From positions 36 through 55,178 of the forward strand of contig JAHDBA010000015.1 in NCBI GenBank assembly GCA_020630615.1: a DNA stretch of 55,143 nucleotides, written 5' to 3'. Positions 8,741-19,476 of this stretch are shown here, in pieces. Under the pieces are notes generated by a model. The model was not told where the DNA came from. It saw nothing but the letters and a program-made list of their open reading frames with translations, and ran no database searches. The position numbers were made by a program, and so were the translations under genes. How positions within the stretch are numbered: the first letter of the stretch is position 1; each line of letters opens with the position of its first letter. This DNA is from Myxococcota bacterium. Its GTDB lineage: Bacteria; Myxococcota; UBA727; JAHDBA01.

Positions 8741-10804
8741 ATGAGCGAAGCGCAAACCAATCTACGCCCCCTCGACGATTTTGGACTTCAAGTCCCTACG
8801 GAACTCATCCTCGATTGGTACCGAAAAGGTTACACGACTCAAGCGATCGACAATCGGGCAAGCATCTATATTCGACGTGGCATGGGATGGAACTACCACG
8901 CACGTTGCACAGGCCATGAAGCAATTCAGATTTGTGCCGGTATGGCTTTTAGGCGCAATAAGGACTTCCTCTTCCCCTATTACCGCGACACAGGCACCGT
9001 GATTGGCGCTGGAATGCAGCCCCTTGACCTCTTTCTGAATGGACTGATTCGTGCCGACGACCCCTGCGCTGGTGGTCGTCATATGTCGAACCATTTTGGA
9101 GACCCGAAGGTCGGCATTCAGAATGTTTCATCGTGTACGGGCAACCATACACTTCACGGTGTCGGTGTAGCGCGAGCAATTAAAACCTACGGCTCTGATG
9201 CGATTTCGTTTACCTCTCAAGGGGACTCTTCGACCTCTGAAGGGTACTGTTACGAAGCATTTAACGGTGCGAGTCGTGAGAAGCTCCCTGTTATTTTCAT
9301 CATCCAAAACAATGGTTATGGGATTTCTGTACCGACGTCCGAGCAAACTGCAAACGAACGAATTGGAGAAAACTACATTGGGCTTAAGAACCTCGAAGTC
9401 ATCTTCTGCGATGGCACAAACTTTTTTGACTCCCATCGTGCAATGAACGATGCGCTTGCCTATGTTCAGAGCGGGCAAGGGCCAGCAATGATTTCAGCGA
9501 AGTGCGTGCGAATGGGTGCACACTCAAACTCTGATGCGCATGGACTCTATCGGACAGACGACGAAATCGACCTTGCGGCGGAGTTTGACCCTGTTGGTCG
9601 CTTGCGAAAGTACATTCTCGAGAAAGGTCTTGCGAATGAAGCAAGGCTCACTTCACTTGAAAAGAGCGTCGATGCTGAACTCGATGCGGCAGCAGCGAAA
9701 GCAGAAGCAGCCCCCCTTCCAACTCCAGAAAGTGTCTATGACTTTGTTGAACCTGTCCCCTACTCGCCGGAGCACGAAGGGCTCAACCCGCCTACGCCTT
9801 CTGGAGAATCAAAGGAAAAACTGCGCGAAGCGGTAACGCGTACCATGCGTGAGGAGTTCCGACGGAACCCACATACTTTCATCTGGGGCCAAGATGTCGC
9901 ATCGAAAGAAAAAGGTGGGGTTTTCAATCTAACCAAAGGCATGCTTGAAGAGTTTGGCTCAAAGCGTGTGTTTAATGGCCCCATCGCAGAAGATTATATT
10001 GTTGGAACTGCGAACGGCATGTGTCGTTTTGACCCCAATATTCACGTTGTAATCGAGGCAGCTCAGTTTGCGGACTATGTTTGGCCGGCGATGGAGCAGA
10101 TCGTTGAGCTTGGCCACGAATATTGGCGCACCAATGGTCAGTTTACCCCCAATATCGTGTGTCGACTTGCATCGGGTGGATACATCACCGGCGGTCTTTA
10201 CCACTCACAAAACGTTGAGGCTTTGATGAGTCATTTGCCGGGGATCCGAGTTATGGCACCCGCCTTTGCGGACGATGCCTCTGGGATGCTCCGCACTGCA
10301 ATGCGCTCGAAGGGCATCACCTTCTTCCTTGAACCCAAGTTTCTCTACAACCGTCCAGGTGCCAAAGGTCCAGTAACAGACGAGAACTTCTGTATCCCCT
10401 TTGGCGAAGGCCGAGTGCGTCGCCCTGGCGAAGACCTGTCGATTATTACATACGGCAATACGGTTCACCATTCTCTTGAGGTCGCGGATTCACTTGCAAC
10501 AGAAGGTTGGGACGTCGAAGTGTTCGATTTGCGGTCGATTAAACCGATCGACTCTGCCGGCATCATCGCAACTGTGAAGAAGACCGGCAAAGTCCTCATT
10601 GTCCACGAAGACCACCTTTTCAACGGTATTGGCTCAGAGGTCGCTGCTATTGTTTCTGAACATTGCTTCCAAGACTTGGACGGCCCGATTCGACGCGTCG
10701 CGGCACTCGACATCCCGATTGGTTTCTCGCCTGTTCTTGAGAAGGCAACACTCCCGAATGTTGATTCCATCAAAGAAGCTGCGAGTGATTTGCTTAACTA
10801 CTAG
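8741..10804 (+). CDS. 2-oxoacid dehydrogenase E1 alpha/beta fusion (branched-chain/2-oxoisovalerate type)
   Basis: GHEAIQ, YYRD, ThDP motif GDSSTSEG...QNNGYGIS and HSNSD. Beta part: GQDV...GGVF, PIAE, HSQ, FLEPK, DLRSIKP. Confidence 0.92.
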   Translation: MSEAQTNLRPLDDFGLQVPTELILDWYRKGYTTQAIDNRASIYIRRGMGWNYHARCTGHEAIQICAGMAFRRNKDFLFPYYRDTGTVIGAGMQPLDLFLNGLIRADDPCAGGRHMSNHFGDPKVGIQNVSSCTGNHTLHGVGVARAIKTYGSDAISFTSQGDSSTSEGYCYEAFNGASREKLPVIFIIQNNGYGISVPTSEQTANERIGENYIGLKNLEVIFCDGTNFFDSHRAMNDALAYVQSGQGPAMISAKCVRMGAHSNSDAHGLYRTDDEIDLAAEFDPVGRLRKYILEKGLANEARLTSLEKSVDAELDAAAAKAEAAPLPTPESVYDFVEPVPYSPEHEGLNPPTPSGESKEKLREAVTRTMREEFRRNPHTFIWGQDVASKEKGGVFNLTKGMLEEFGSKRVFNGPIAEDYIVGTANGMCRFDPNIHVVIEAAQFADYVWPAMEQIVELGHEYWRTNGQFTPNIVCRLASGGYITGGLYHSQNVEALMSHLPGIRVMAPAFADDASGMLRTAMRSKGITFFLEPKFLYNRPGAKGPVTDENFCIPFGEGRVRRPGEDLSIITYGNTVHHSLEVADSLATEGWDVEVFDLRSIKPIDSAGIIATVKKTGKVLIVHEDHLFNGIGSEVAAIVSEHCFQDLDGPIRRVAALDIPIGFSPVLEKATLPNVDSIKEAASDLLNY

Positions 10805-10836
10805 GGTTTCTTTGAAGCCCCGTCTTGGAGTCAACA

Positions 10837-11106
10837 ATGCGCGAAGTTCAATGCTCACTCAAGAAAGAAGTGCTGCCAGGTCTCATCGATGCGCCATTTC
10901 ACGGCCCATCGTCCGACTTGGTTTTCGAAAATGTCTCCCAAGCAGCATGGGATGAATGGCTTGAAATGCAAATCAAAATTATCAACGAGTACAAGCTCGA
11001 TCTGGGTGAGCGTGGTCATCGTGACCGTTTACGCTCACAGATGTTGTCGTTTCTTGGTTTGAGTGATGAAGAGAGCACTCTCGAGGTAGGCACCCCAACG
11101 ACTTAA
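10837..11106 (+). CDS. yggX: Fe(II)-trafficking / oxidative damage protection protein, YggX family
   Basis: VQC...K...GL...PF, ENVSQAAWDEW, KIINEYKL; GGAG RBS before ATG 10837. Confidence 0.85.
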   Translation: MREVQCSLKKEVLPGLIDAPFHGPSSDLVFENVSQAAWDEWLEMQIKIINEYKLDLGERGHRDRLRSQMLSFLGLSDEESTLEVGTPTT

Positions 11107-11157
11107 GTGCTCCCCCCCTTTTTACGAGTAAGTGAAGTGAAAGGATTCAAGTTCATT

Positions 11158-12042
11158 TTAGCGGGCTTCAATCTTCCCTTCTCGCACAATGGGTCGCGCC
11201 TTCAGTGGGTGCATGACTTCATAGAATCTGGCATTCGCCAAATTCACAACGCCAAACTTTGGAGTTTTTGCGTCAAAAACAAAGACCTCAACCCAAGAGT
11301 TTAACGCCCTTCGCATGACAGAAAAGTTAGCAGACTCCCCTGCGTGAGGGCCTTTCTCAAATAACAAGTGTGCCTTTGCATCAGCCAACTTTAATGCAAA
11401 AGATTCACCTGTTGTCCATGTGCTTTTGTCGTACGTGAGTGCCATGTTTGCGAGCGTTGTTTGTGGAAGCAGTTCCAGCTGAGCGACTGCCGCAGTCGCC
11501 CCGCTAACTTCACCCTCGTCACTTTTTTCCGGGCTGGGCTCATCACACGTCTTCATCTCCATCGAGAACCACGATGGCCAATCCCCTTGCACAATGGGAA
11601 AGCGCACCGCACCCGACTCAAGTAGAGGTTGTTTGCTCACTGGGCTATCTTCGCGATGCACATATCGCGCATAGCGCCCTGACTCACCGTCGAGGACAAG
11701 GCTCACATAAGTTGGTCCTGCCTCTATCCACGTCAGCAGATGTGTACTTCCACATAGGAAGCGATGTTCATACATAACCCTAAGCTTTTTCGTATTTCCT
11801 TCGGTGCCGACACGAGTCACCCGAATATTTGAATCATCCATCACTTCTACAGTCTCGCGTTGCGGCTTGTTCTGCTCACCGACTCCATCATCAGGCGTCT
11901 CAAGATGAAAGACGAAACCTTCCGGGTCATCGTTCTTTTCACTCTTGGCCCTTAATGAAGTGTGTCCACACCCCCACACAGAGAAAACCAATCCGAACAT
12001 TACAAAAAAGAATAAAGCACTCTTACGAGCCCGAATAATCAT
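11158..12042 (-). CDS. Hypothetical lipoprotein
   Basis: Basic N-terminus, hydrophobic segment and VWGC lipobox; 294 aa. Confidence 0.7.
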   Translation of the reverse strand: MIIRARKSALFFFVMFGLVFSVWGCGHTSLRAKSEKNDDPEGFVFHLETPDDGVGEQNKPQRETVEVMDDSNIRVTRVGTEGNTKKLRVMYEHRFLCGSTHLLTWIEAGPTYVSLVLDGESGRYARYVHREDSPVSKQPLLESGAVRFPIVQGDWPSWFSMEMKTCDEPSPEKSDEGEVSGATAAVAQLELLPQTTLANMALTYDKSTWTTGESFALKLADAKAHLLFEKGPHAGESANFSVMRRALNSWVEVFVFDAKTPKFGVVNLANARFYEVMHPLKARPIVREGKIEAR

Positions 12043-12162
12043 GGCTTGTCCTTATCGCCTAAATCCACATAAGACATTAATCGTTTGCCTTTGACTGTAG
12101 CAAATTAAGGGTTTGTCTTAATTGCAATGCTCAAAAAGTTTGTATTAATAATGTTTGACGTC

Positions 12163-12699
12163 TTACGCGACGGTCTCATTGCTTGCATTGTGACTTTTGA
12201 ACTCGGCGTGAACTTCGGGCAGCCTAAAGAAATAAATCGTGACTAAAGATATCCCTATGCTGAAGAGAGATGGCAGTGTGAGGAAATATGTATCCCCTTG
12301 GTAGAGGTCGGTAATTGTACCGGACAGCCACATTACAATAGACACGAGCACCGACATAAGATTAAGAATAATTGCTCCCCGTCTACCCTTCTCATTTCGC
12401 TTGATGAGCTGGCGACCAACCCAGAGCTGCGCAACTTGCAATAGACAGGCAAAGAAACTTCCAAAAAGCACTGGCAGCACATCAACGAACTTCCTCGACA
12501 CGACGCTCTGTTCTGCTCCCCGGATTAATGAACTTATAAGGTCATACGAAAACCCCGCCACACCACGGAAAGCGCCGAGGAAATATAGAGCGGCCGAAAG
12601 GCACATCCACCAACCGACAACAGTGACGCCAAGTGCAACCCATTCTTCGCGTGTTCGCGTGCGATTCTCACCTTCAAGCAAGTCTTTTAACCATTTCAT
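12163..12699 (-). CDS. Hypothetical membrane protein (about 4 TM)
   Basis: Four hydrophobic segments in a 178-aa ORF. Confidence 0.7.
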   Translation of the reverse strand: MKWLKDLLEGENRTRTREEWVALGVTVVGWWMCLSAALYFLGAFRGVAGFSYDLISSLIRGAEQSVVSRKFVDVLPVLFGSFFACLLQVAQLWVGRQLIKRNEKGRRGAIILNLMSVLVSIVMWLSGTITDLYQGDTYFLTLPSLFSIGISLVTIYFFRLPEVHAEFKSHNASNETVA

Positions 12700-12897
12700 A
12701 AGGCGAGCCTATCTCAAAATTCCTCGGCAGTTCAAAGCTTATGCTTCATTTTTCTTTATTATTGTAGGTTTCCCTTAAACACAACTACCGCAACCATTAC
12801 TAGCGCCCCAAAAGAAGGAGTAAGCGAAGCGAAAGCGAAAGGGCGTCTTATCGCAGAAGTCATTGCCAAAAGCGGCTCAAATCATCATGACGATAGG

Positions 12898-13896
12898 GTG
12901 AACATCGATACTATCAAGCCCCGTAAACATTTCCTTATAAGTTTGGCACTGGCGCTGAGTCTTTGCTCAACATCGCTTCAAGCCGTTACCGTATTTGAGA
13001 AGGACACCACGAAAGTTGACCTACTCGGATGGTTTCAAGGTGGCATCGAGGCGCATAACCTCGAAGATGGAGTCTCGATTCAGCCAACGATCGGAATGGC
13101 GCGTCTTGCTTCGAGAATCACCATTGAGCAGACACGTGGTTTTGTCCAATTTGAAGGAAGCTCAGGGACTTTGCGCTTGCTCGACGCGTTTGCAGAGGTC
13201 CCGCTGACCAAAACACTCTTGGTGACCCTGGGTCAATTTCGCGTCCCGCAGACATTGGACGTCATGATTCGCCTTCCCGACATGCACTTTGCAAAGCGCC
13301 CCCACCTTGTGCGTCGCAATATGGTGTTAGGGCGAAACCAAGGTTTAATGGTCAGTTTTGAAGCGCTCAAAGACCTCCGACTCGAAACAGGCTTAACAAG
13401 ACAACTCGCGACGAATCTCTTCGATGCAACTCAAGCGGCAGGTTTTTTGCGTGCTCGCTACGATCTCAAACATTTGCGCTTTCATGGTGCTTACTCAATC
13501 TTACAAGAAGCAAACGCAACGATTCTTGCACCTGCAACGATGCGTTCAGGTCACCATTTTAATTTGGGTCTTCAGTACAAAGACGCGTTGTGGTGGGGAC
13601 TCGCCGAAGTGCATCTGGACCAAACCCGAAATGATGACTGGCTGAACCTTAACGGCGCCTACTTCTCGTTACTAAAAAACCTGACATTTCCCACCGGCAG
13701 AAAGCCCTATTTTGAAGCCGGCGCGCGCTACGAAATACTGAATTTGCGGAATGCATTTGAACACTCGCTGACTGCGGCACTGAACTACCACGTCTTGGGC
13801 GACAACCTTAATATTGGGGCGAACTATCAGATCTTGAATGCTCCCTCCGGATGGTCGCACGCAGTCTTTTTGCGTTTACAGGTCGGGACCTACTAA
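12898..13896 (+). CDS. Outer-membrane porin, OprO/OprP-like
   Basis: Signal peptide, LLDAFAEV and LGQFRVP motifs, alternating beta strands and aromatic C-terminus (RLQVGTY). Confidence 0.75.
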   Translation: MNIDTIKPRKHFLISLALALSLCSTSLQAVTVFEKDTTKVDLLGWFQGGIEAHNLEDGVSIQPTIGMARLASRITIEQTRGFVQFEGSSGTLRLLDAFAEVPLTKTLLVTLGQFRVPQTLDVMIRLPDMHFAKRPHLVRRNMVLGRNQGLMVSFEALKDLRLETGLTRQLATNLFDATQAAGFLRARYDLKHLRFHGAYSILQEANATILAPATMRSGHHFNLGLQYKDALWWGLAEVHLDQTRNDDWLNLNGAYFSLLKNLTFPTGRKPYFEAGARYEILNLRNAFEHSLTAALNYHVLGDNLNIGANYQILNAPSGWSHAVFLRLQVGTY

Positions 13897-14018
13897 AGCG
13901 CAATAAAGAGGTTCTGTTCAAGAACACGCTGCCTCGTCACATCCTAGAATGCCATAGACTCTATTTAGAACTCCAAAGAGACCCTTTACAAATCTAGGAC
14001 TCAAAGGCAACGTCGCCT

Positions 14019-16409
14019 ATGGCGCGAACATCAAAAACGAGAAGTGAGCAATGGGCAGATTCGCTTGCCATCCTGGTGATGGGCCGACCACTCGCCACAT
14101 TGCTTACTACACTATCAGTTTTAGGGCTCTTAATTGCTGGCCTTTCACGCGCACACGTCAACAATGACGGGCGTCAGTTCTTTGTGAGCGATGATCCGAT
14201 GGTTGACGCACAGGTTGCGTTTGAAGAAGCGTTCGGGTCAGACCAGCGAATGATTATTGTGCTAGAAAACGCGACCGGCCCTTTCGATGAGCAACTGGTC
14301 AAAGGTGCATTCCAGCTTCAACACGAGTTGGCTGCAATTCTTTACGAGGGCAAACCAGCGCTCAAAGATATTTTCAGCCCGTTCTCGATCCCCTTTGTTT
14401 CCGAGCTTGATGGGAGCGTGGATTTCAGCCCACTCGCAGACGCGACCGGCCACTTGCGCTTCGATGCCAAATCGAGCTTTCAAAAAGTTCGTGAGCACCC
14501 CATCTACGGCAAATCTCTTACCAACAACGATGGGCGCATCGCGGTGCTGACCTGTACTTACGCTCAAGACCCCTCGCGACACCATTACACGCGTACAGTG
14601 AATCGCGCGGTGCAAGAGCTTGTTCAGGCACCGCAGTACGCGAGCCTGAACGCCCAGGTTGTTGGAAGCGCAGTCTTTGGAGCCGCTCTCGATAAAGTCA
14701 CATCGGAAGAAACCGTCATTTTTGGGTTGTCGTCTCTTGGCGTCTGCGTCCTAGCCTTAGCCCTACTCTTTCGCCGCTTTGCATACGTTTTAGGGCCAAT
14801 ACTGAGCTTGATTCTAAGTACTTTAATGACCGTCGGCATCATGGGCTGGCTTGGCAACACACTCAATGTGCTTCATGCACTTTTACCCACGTCGATTATC
14901 ATCACCGGCCTCGGTCATAGTGTCCATATTATCAATGCCTACCTCGGCGCCCCAGAAGGAATGACACCGAAAGACGCACTCTACTATGGCTGGAAGACAA
15001 CCCTCTTACCCTCTTTTATTACAGCCCTGACAACGGCTGCCGGCTTCTTATCAATGATGCTTGCGCCCATTGTTCCGATGCGTTCGCTTGGGCTTTTTGT
15101 AGCATTTGGCGTTTTTTCCTGTTTCGCACTTTCGTATATTCTGGTCCCAACACTGATTCTGCTACTGAAGCCCTCCTATGTCCCCAGGCGAGAAAGTCGT
15201 GAATCCAATGAAAGCTCGTTTTTCAGCCGCCTTTCTTTACTTATCACGTCGAGAGCGGCCGTCGTGTCCATAAGTCTCTTCGCGCTGGCTCTCACGATGA
15301 TGGCCGGGCTTCCAATGTTGACACGTGACGCAAGCTTTTTGCATGCGCTACGCAAGTCGCATCCCTTTCGGCAAAGTGTCGAGTTTGTTGATAATACGCT
15401 TGGTGGCTCGTCTGCTTTTGAAGTTGTTGTGCGCGCACCCAAAGGCCGATCGTTTCGTGAACCCGAATTGCTCCGCAACTTGTATCGCGTGGGGACGCGT
15501 CTCGTACAAAGGCACGAGGGGGTTCACAGCGCGATTTCGCCTGCCGATATTTTTATTGAACTCGGCCGCGCTTTTGCAAAGCCATCAAGCCTCGATCAAT
15601 TCGGCCTTCCCAAAAGCATCGATGCGAGCGAAGGGCTTCTCTTAATGCTTGAGTCCGCAGACTCTGATGTGATGAATTCCTTCATGGTTGAAGAAGACCA
15701 GCTTGCGCGCCTCTCGTTTCGAACGTCTTACCTTAGTGGTGATGAGGTTGAGGCGCTCATCGATTCGATCCGCACTGCGCTTGTGAAACACTTTGACCAC
15801 ATACAATCGGACATTGCATGGACAGCGTCACCTCCTCAACCGGGTACAAATACCCCACAAAAGGCCTTTGGGGTGCCCTTTGCGTACACCGGCAATACTG
15901 CACTCGCGAGTCGTGTTAACAAGGCGATTATCTCCGCACAGGTTGATTCGTTTATCCTTGCCGTGATTGTGGTCACCATGCTCCTCATGATTGTCTTACA
16001 AAGTTTCCGACTCGGCCTATTGGTGATGGTCCCGAACCTCTTTCCCATCTTTGCGACCTATGGGCTCATGGGATGGTTTGGACTCCCCGTAGACTTTATG
16101 ACCTCGACAGTGGCTGTTGGCGCCATTGGTGTCGCTGTCGACGGTACAATCCATATCGGCACGAAGTTCCGACGCCTTGGCGCAAAAGGACACAGTCCCC
16201 AAGAGGCAGCAGTCCGCGTGATGACCTCGGTGGGTAAAGCGATATTTGTAACAAGCATTGTTCTGGCTGCAGGCTTCGCCACGGCATTTCCTTCCATGAT
16301 GATAAGCGTGGCAATGTTTGGGGTCATCATGGCACTCTCGTTATTGCTTGCGATGGTTTACGACATCATTATGACGCCCGCGATGCTCGCATGGCTCGGC
16401 AAGACTTGA
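14019..16409 (+). CDS. MMPL/RND-family transporter
   Basis: Duplicated architecture of one TM, periplasmic loop and five TM; motifs TALTTAAGFLS, PNLFP, IGVAVDGTIH. Confidence 0.9.
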   Translation: MARTSKTRSEQWADSLAILVMGRPLATLLTTLSVLGLLIAGLSRAHVNNDGRQFFVSDDPMVDAQVAFEEAFGSDQRMIIVLENATGPFDEQLVKGAFQLQHELAAILYEGKPALKDIFSPFSIPFVSELDGSVDFSPLADATGHLRFDAKSSFQKVREHPIYGKSLTNNDGRIAVLTCTYAQDPSRHHYTRTVNRAVQELVQAPQYASLNAQVVGSAVFGAALDKVTSEETVIFGLSSLGVCVLALALLFRRFAYVLGPILSLILSTLMTVGIMGWLGNTLNVLHALLPTSIIITGLGHSVHIINAYLGAPEGMTPKDALYYGWKTTLLPSFITALTTAAGFLSMMLAPIVPMRSLGLFVAFGVFSCFALSYILVPTLILLLKPSYVPRRESRESNESSFFSRLSLLITSRAAVVSISLFALALTMMAGLPMLTRDASFLHALRKSHPFRQSVEFVDNTLGGSSAFEVVVRAPKGRSFREPELLRNLYRVGTRLVQRHEGVHSAISPADIFIELGRAFAKPSSLDQFGLPKSIDASEGLLLMLESADSDVMNSFMVEEDQLARLSFRTSYLSGDEVEALIDSIRTALVKHFDHIQSDIAWTASPPQPGTNTPQKAFGVPFAYTGNTALASRVNKAIISAQVDSFILAVIVVTMLLMIVLQSFRLGLLVMVPNLFPIFATYGLMGWFGLPVDFMTSTVAVGAIGVAVDGTIHIGTKFRRLGAKGHSPQEAAVRVMTSVGKAIFVTSIVLAAGFATAFPSMMISVAMFGVIMALSLLLAMVYDIIMTPAMLAWLGKT

Positions 16410-16420
16410 TAGCGTGAAGT

Positions 16421-17974
16421 GTGACCGATCACTTGCAAACCTTTGAACTTGATGCACTTGAAAAGCTCGACATCGAGACCGAGTTCCCGGCCGATGTGTT
16501 GGATGAAGCGGAGTCCCTAGCACTTGCCGAAGATCCCTTCGCTGCATTCCGCACAAAGGGGCCCGGCCCATTCATTACGATTGATTACCCGAACTCGCAA
16601 GACCTCGATCAAGCGATAACGATTGAGAGACTCGAAAGCGGCTGGCGAGTTTATTATGCCATTGCCGATGTGGCGTCGTACGTCCCGCGTGAGACATTGG
16701 TCTTTCGACACGCAATGAAACGTGTCACGAGTTATTACTTACCAGGGTTTTGCATCCCGATGCTACCACGAGTTCTGTCCGAGGGTGCTGCATCACTCTT
16801 ACCGGGTGCTCCGCGGCGCGCAGCCCTTTGGTGTCACACAATTGAAGCCAACGGAACATGTTCCGACACACACTTCTCACTTGCAACGATCGAAAATGTA
16901 GCGAAACTCAACTACGCGCAAGTTCAATCCTGGCTCGACAAAGGTGAAATGGACACAGCCCTCGAGCATCACGCTGAGATTTGGGGCATCCTGAACGCGC
17001 TGGTGGAAGTTGGCCAAGCGCGTCTTTCACGGCCTCGCAAACATATCCCCACACGTTACCTTCGACGAGGGCACGAGGTCAAGCGTGCCGATACGCAACT
17101 TGGTTTCCGTTTGCTGAAAGATCGTGAGCTCGACATCGAAACCTACAATGCGCAGATTTCAATCATGACAAATACCGAAGCTGCGAAATGGATGGAGGAG
17201 CAGCAAAAAGGGTACCCAAGTCAGCATGGACTGGACCCTATCTATAAGGTTCACCCCTCACCTGCAGATGCACGCGTAGAAGACTTCCGTGATTGGACGC
17301 ATGAACTTGCGACTGCTCACGACAACACGAATTTGATCTTCAAGCCTGAAGAAAACGCTTCAAGCTACCTTGCGCGTTTGGGGGAGAGCAAGCTCAGTAT
17401 GCCTCTGGAGCATTCAATTCATCGACGCGCTGTCCTTGTCAATCAACGGGCCGAGTTCGCCCCTTCTTCTGCGCCGCATCACGGTGTGGGTGTCGATGCC
17501 TATGCGCGCGTGACTGCCCCCCTGCGAGAAGGTGTTGGTTTGTTTACCTATCATGAACTTATTGACATGCTTGGATACAAGGCCCGCGTAAAAGGCTACG
17601 ATGACGCATCAATGCGAAACACGCTTTGCGAACGCGCAAACGTCTCGCTCAGGCGGCAAAAGAAGCTGGACAAAGCCATCAACAAAGCTGCGATTCAAAA
17701 CTATTTTGAAGCCGATCTAACTTTGCCTCTTCGCGAGAGGCCGAAGCATCTCGCTTTTGTAGTTGGGGTTAAAGGCAACAAACTCTTCTGCATGCTTGAA
17801 GAAAACCATGTTGAAGTGTTCGTACGGAACGACTCTTTCGAGGCGCGCTCGAGGGCTACAGTATTCTGCACTCAACTTCGTCAACGCATTCGTGTTGGGG
17901 ATGCTATCGCCCTCACCTCTATCGGTTGGGGCCAAGACAACACACAACTGGATTTCGAAATCAGCACATTCTGA
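16421..17974 (+). CDS. RNB-domain ribonuclease (RNase II/R family, short form)
   Basis: FITID...[44 protein letters not shown]. Confidence 0.85.
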   Translation: MTDHLQTFELDALEKLDIETEFPADVLDEAESLALAEDPFAAFRTKGPGPFITIDYPNSQDLDQAITIERLESGWRVYYAIADVASYVPRETLVFRHAMKRVTSYYLPGFCIPMLPRVLSEGAASLLPGAPRRAALWCHTIEANGTCSDTHFSLATIENVAKLNYAQVQSWLDKGEMDTALEHHAEIWGILNALVEVGQARLSRPRKHIPTRYLRRGHEVKRADTQLGFRLLKDRELDIETYNAQISIMTNTEAAKWMEEQQKGYPSQHGLDPIYKVHPSPADARVEDFRDWTHELATAHDNTNLIFKPEENASSYLARLGESKLSMPLEHSIHRRAVLVNQRAEFAPSSAPHHGVGVDAYARVTAPLREGVGLFTYHELIDMLGYKARVKGYDDASMRNTLCERANVSLRRQKKLDKAINKAAIQNYFEADLTLPLRERPKHLAFVVGVKGNKLFCMLEENHVEVFVRNDSFEARSRATVFCTQLRQRIRVGDAIALTSIGWGQDNTQLDFEISTF

Positions 17975-17994
17975 ACCCAAAAAAGGAAGAGACC

Positions 17995-18789
17995 ATGCAA
18001 TCCTATCTCAAACTTGCACAGCATGTATTGGACAACGGCATCGACCGAGAAGACAGAACTGGAACAGGCACAAGGAGCGTCTTCGGTTATCAATGCCGAT
18101 ATGATTTGAAAGATAGCTTCCCTTTGGTGACAACCAAAAAGGTGCATCTGAAGTCGATTGTTCACGAGCTACTTTGGTTTCTCAAGGGTGAAACGAATAT
18201 CGCCTATCTGAAAAAAAATAAGGTGCGAATTTGGGATGAATGGGCTGATGAAGATGGGAACCTCGGCCCCGTCTACGGAAAACAATGGCGCTCCTGGGCC
18301 AAAGGCGACGGTACGAGTATTGATCAGATTAAGAACCTGATTGACGGTTTAAAAACCAACCCCGAGAGCAGACGTCATATTGTCAGTGCATGGAATCCGG
18401 CAGAGATTGAATCGATGGCGCTCCCGCCTTGCCACTGTTTCTTTCAATTCTATGTCGCGAATGGCGAGCTAAGCTGCCAGCTCTATCAGCGCTCTGCGGA
18501 CATTTTTCTCGGGGTACCCTTCAATATTGCGTCTTACAGTTTGCTGACAATGATGATTGCGCAAGAGTGTGGACTTCAAGCCAAAGAGTTTGTCCACACC
18601 TTGGGTGATGCCCACATTTACCATAATCACTTTGAGCAGATGCGTCTTCAATTGACACGTGCCCCGAAAAGCAGACCGGTCATGCATCTCAACCCTGCTC
18701 GAAAGTCTGTTTTTGATTTTGAATACGAGGATTTCATACTGAGCGGCTATGAAAGTCACCCAGCAATCCGGGGCAAGGTCGCGGTGTGA
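17995..18789 (+). CDS. thyA: Thymidylate synthase
   Basis: [38 protein letters not shown]; 264 aa from ATG 17995. Confidence 0.98.
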   Translation: MQSYLKLAQHVLDNGIDREDRTGTGTRSVFGYQCRYDLKDSFPLVTTKKVHLKSIVHELLWFLKGETNIAYLKKNKVRIWDEWADEDGNLGPVYGKQWRSWAKGDGTSIDQIKNLIDGLKTNPESRRHIVSAWNPAEIESMALPPCHCFFQFYVANGELSCQLYQRSADIFLGVPFNIASYSLLTMMIAQECGLQAKEFVHTLGDAHIYHNHFEQMRLQLTRAPKSRPVMHLNPARKSVFDFEYEDFILSGYESHPAIRGKVAV

Positions 18790-19328
18790 CCCTCACTGAA
18801 AACAACGACCCTGGCTCTGGGCCACGTGTCTCAATCCTTGTCGCTCGTGACCACAACTACGCTATAGGTAAGAACAACGATTTACCCTGGCGTCTATCAT
18901 CAGACCTCAGGCGCTTCAAGCGCCTAACATGGGGGCAGCCTATTGTGATGGGCCGAAAAACCCATGAGAGTATTGGGAAGACACTCCCTGGGCGTGTGAA
19001 CATTGTCGTCAGTCGCAACGCTAACTACACAGTGGCTAGGGGTGCAAAGTTGGCGTTCAGCTACGAAAATGCACTAGAGCTTGCTCGCGACGCATGCGAG
19101 TGCGGAGATATTTTTATCATCGGCGGTACAAGTCTTTATGAAGCAGCACTGATGACAGCTGATCGAATCTATGAGACACTTGTCGATACGAAGATTCAAA
19201 ACGCAGATGCCTTCCTTCCGCGCTACAATGCTGATGACTTTATTGAACTCGTTCGCGAGACTGGCTTTAAAAATAAAGGCGATGAATATCATTCGCTTTA
19301 TCGGGTCCTAAAAAGAGTGTGTTTGTGA
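18786..19328 (+). CDS. folA: Dihydrofolate reductase
   Basis: [31 protein letters not shown]. Start overlaps the thyA stop (GTGA). Confidence 0.95.
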   Translation: MTLTENNDPGSGPRVSILVARDHNYAIGKNNDLPWRLSSDLRRFKRLTWGQPIVMGRKTHESIGKTLPGRVNIVVSRNANYTVARGAKLAFSYENALELARDACECGDIFIIGGTSLYEAALMTADRIYETLVDTKIQNADAFLPRYNADDFIELVRETGFKNKGDEYHSLYRVLKRVCL

Positions 19329-19476
19329 TTACCTATGCTATCATCTTCATTGCCCACGTATATAGGGACCAATCAACCTTATTATTTCATAGAATGTTTT
19401 TCCTTCCCAATTAAAGGAAGTTCATGGCGCATTGTGCGCTCTAACCTATATGTCTGGGACACGGCAGCACCAACGT

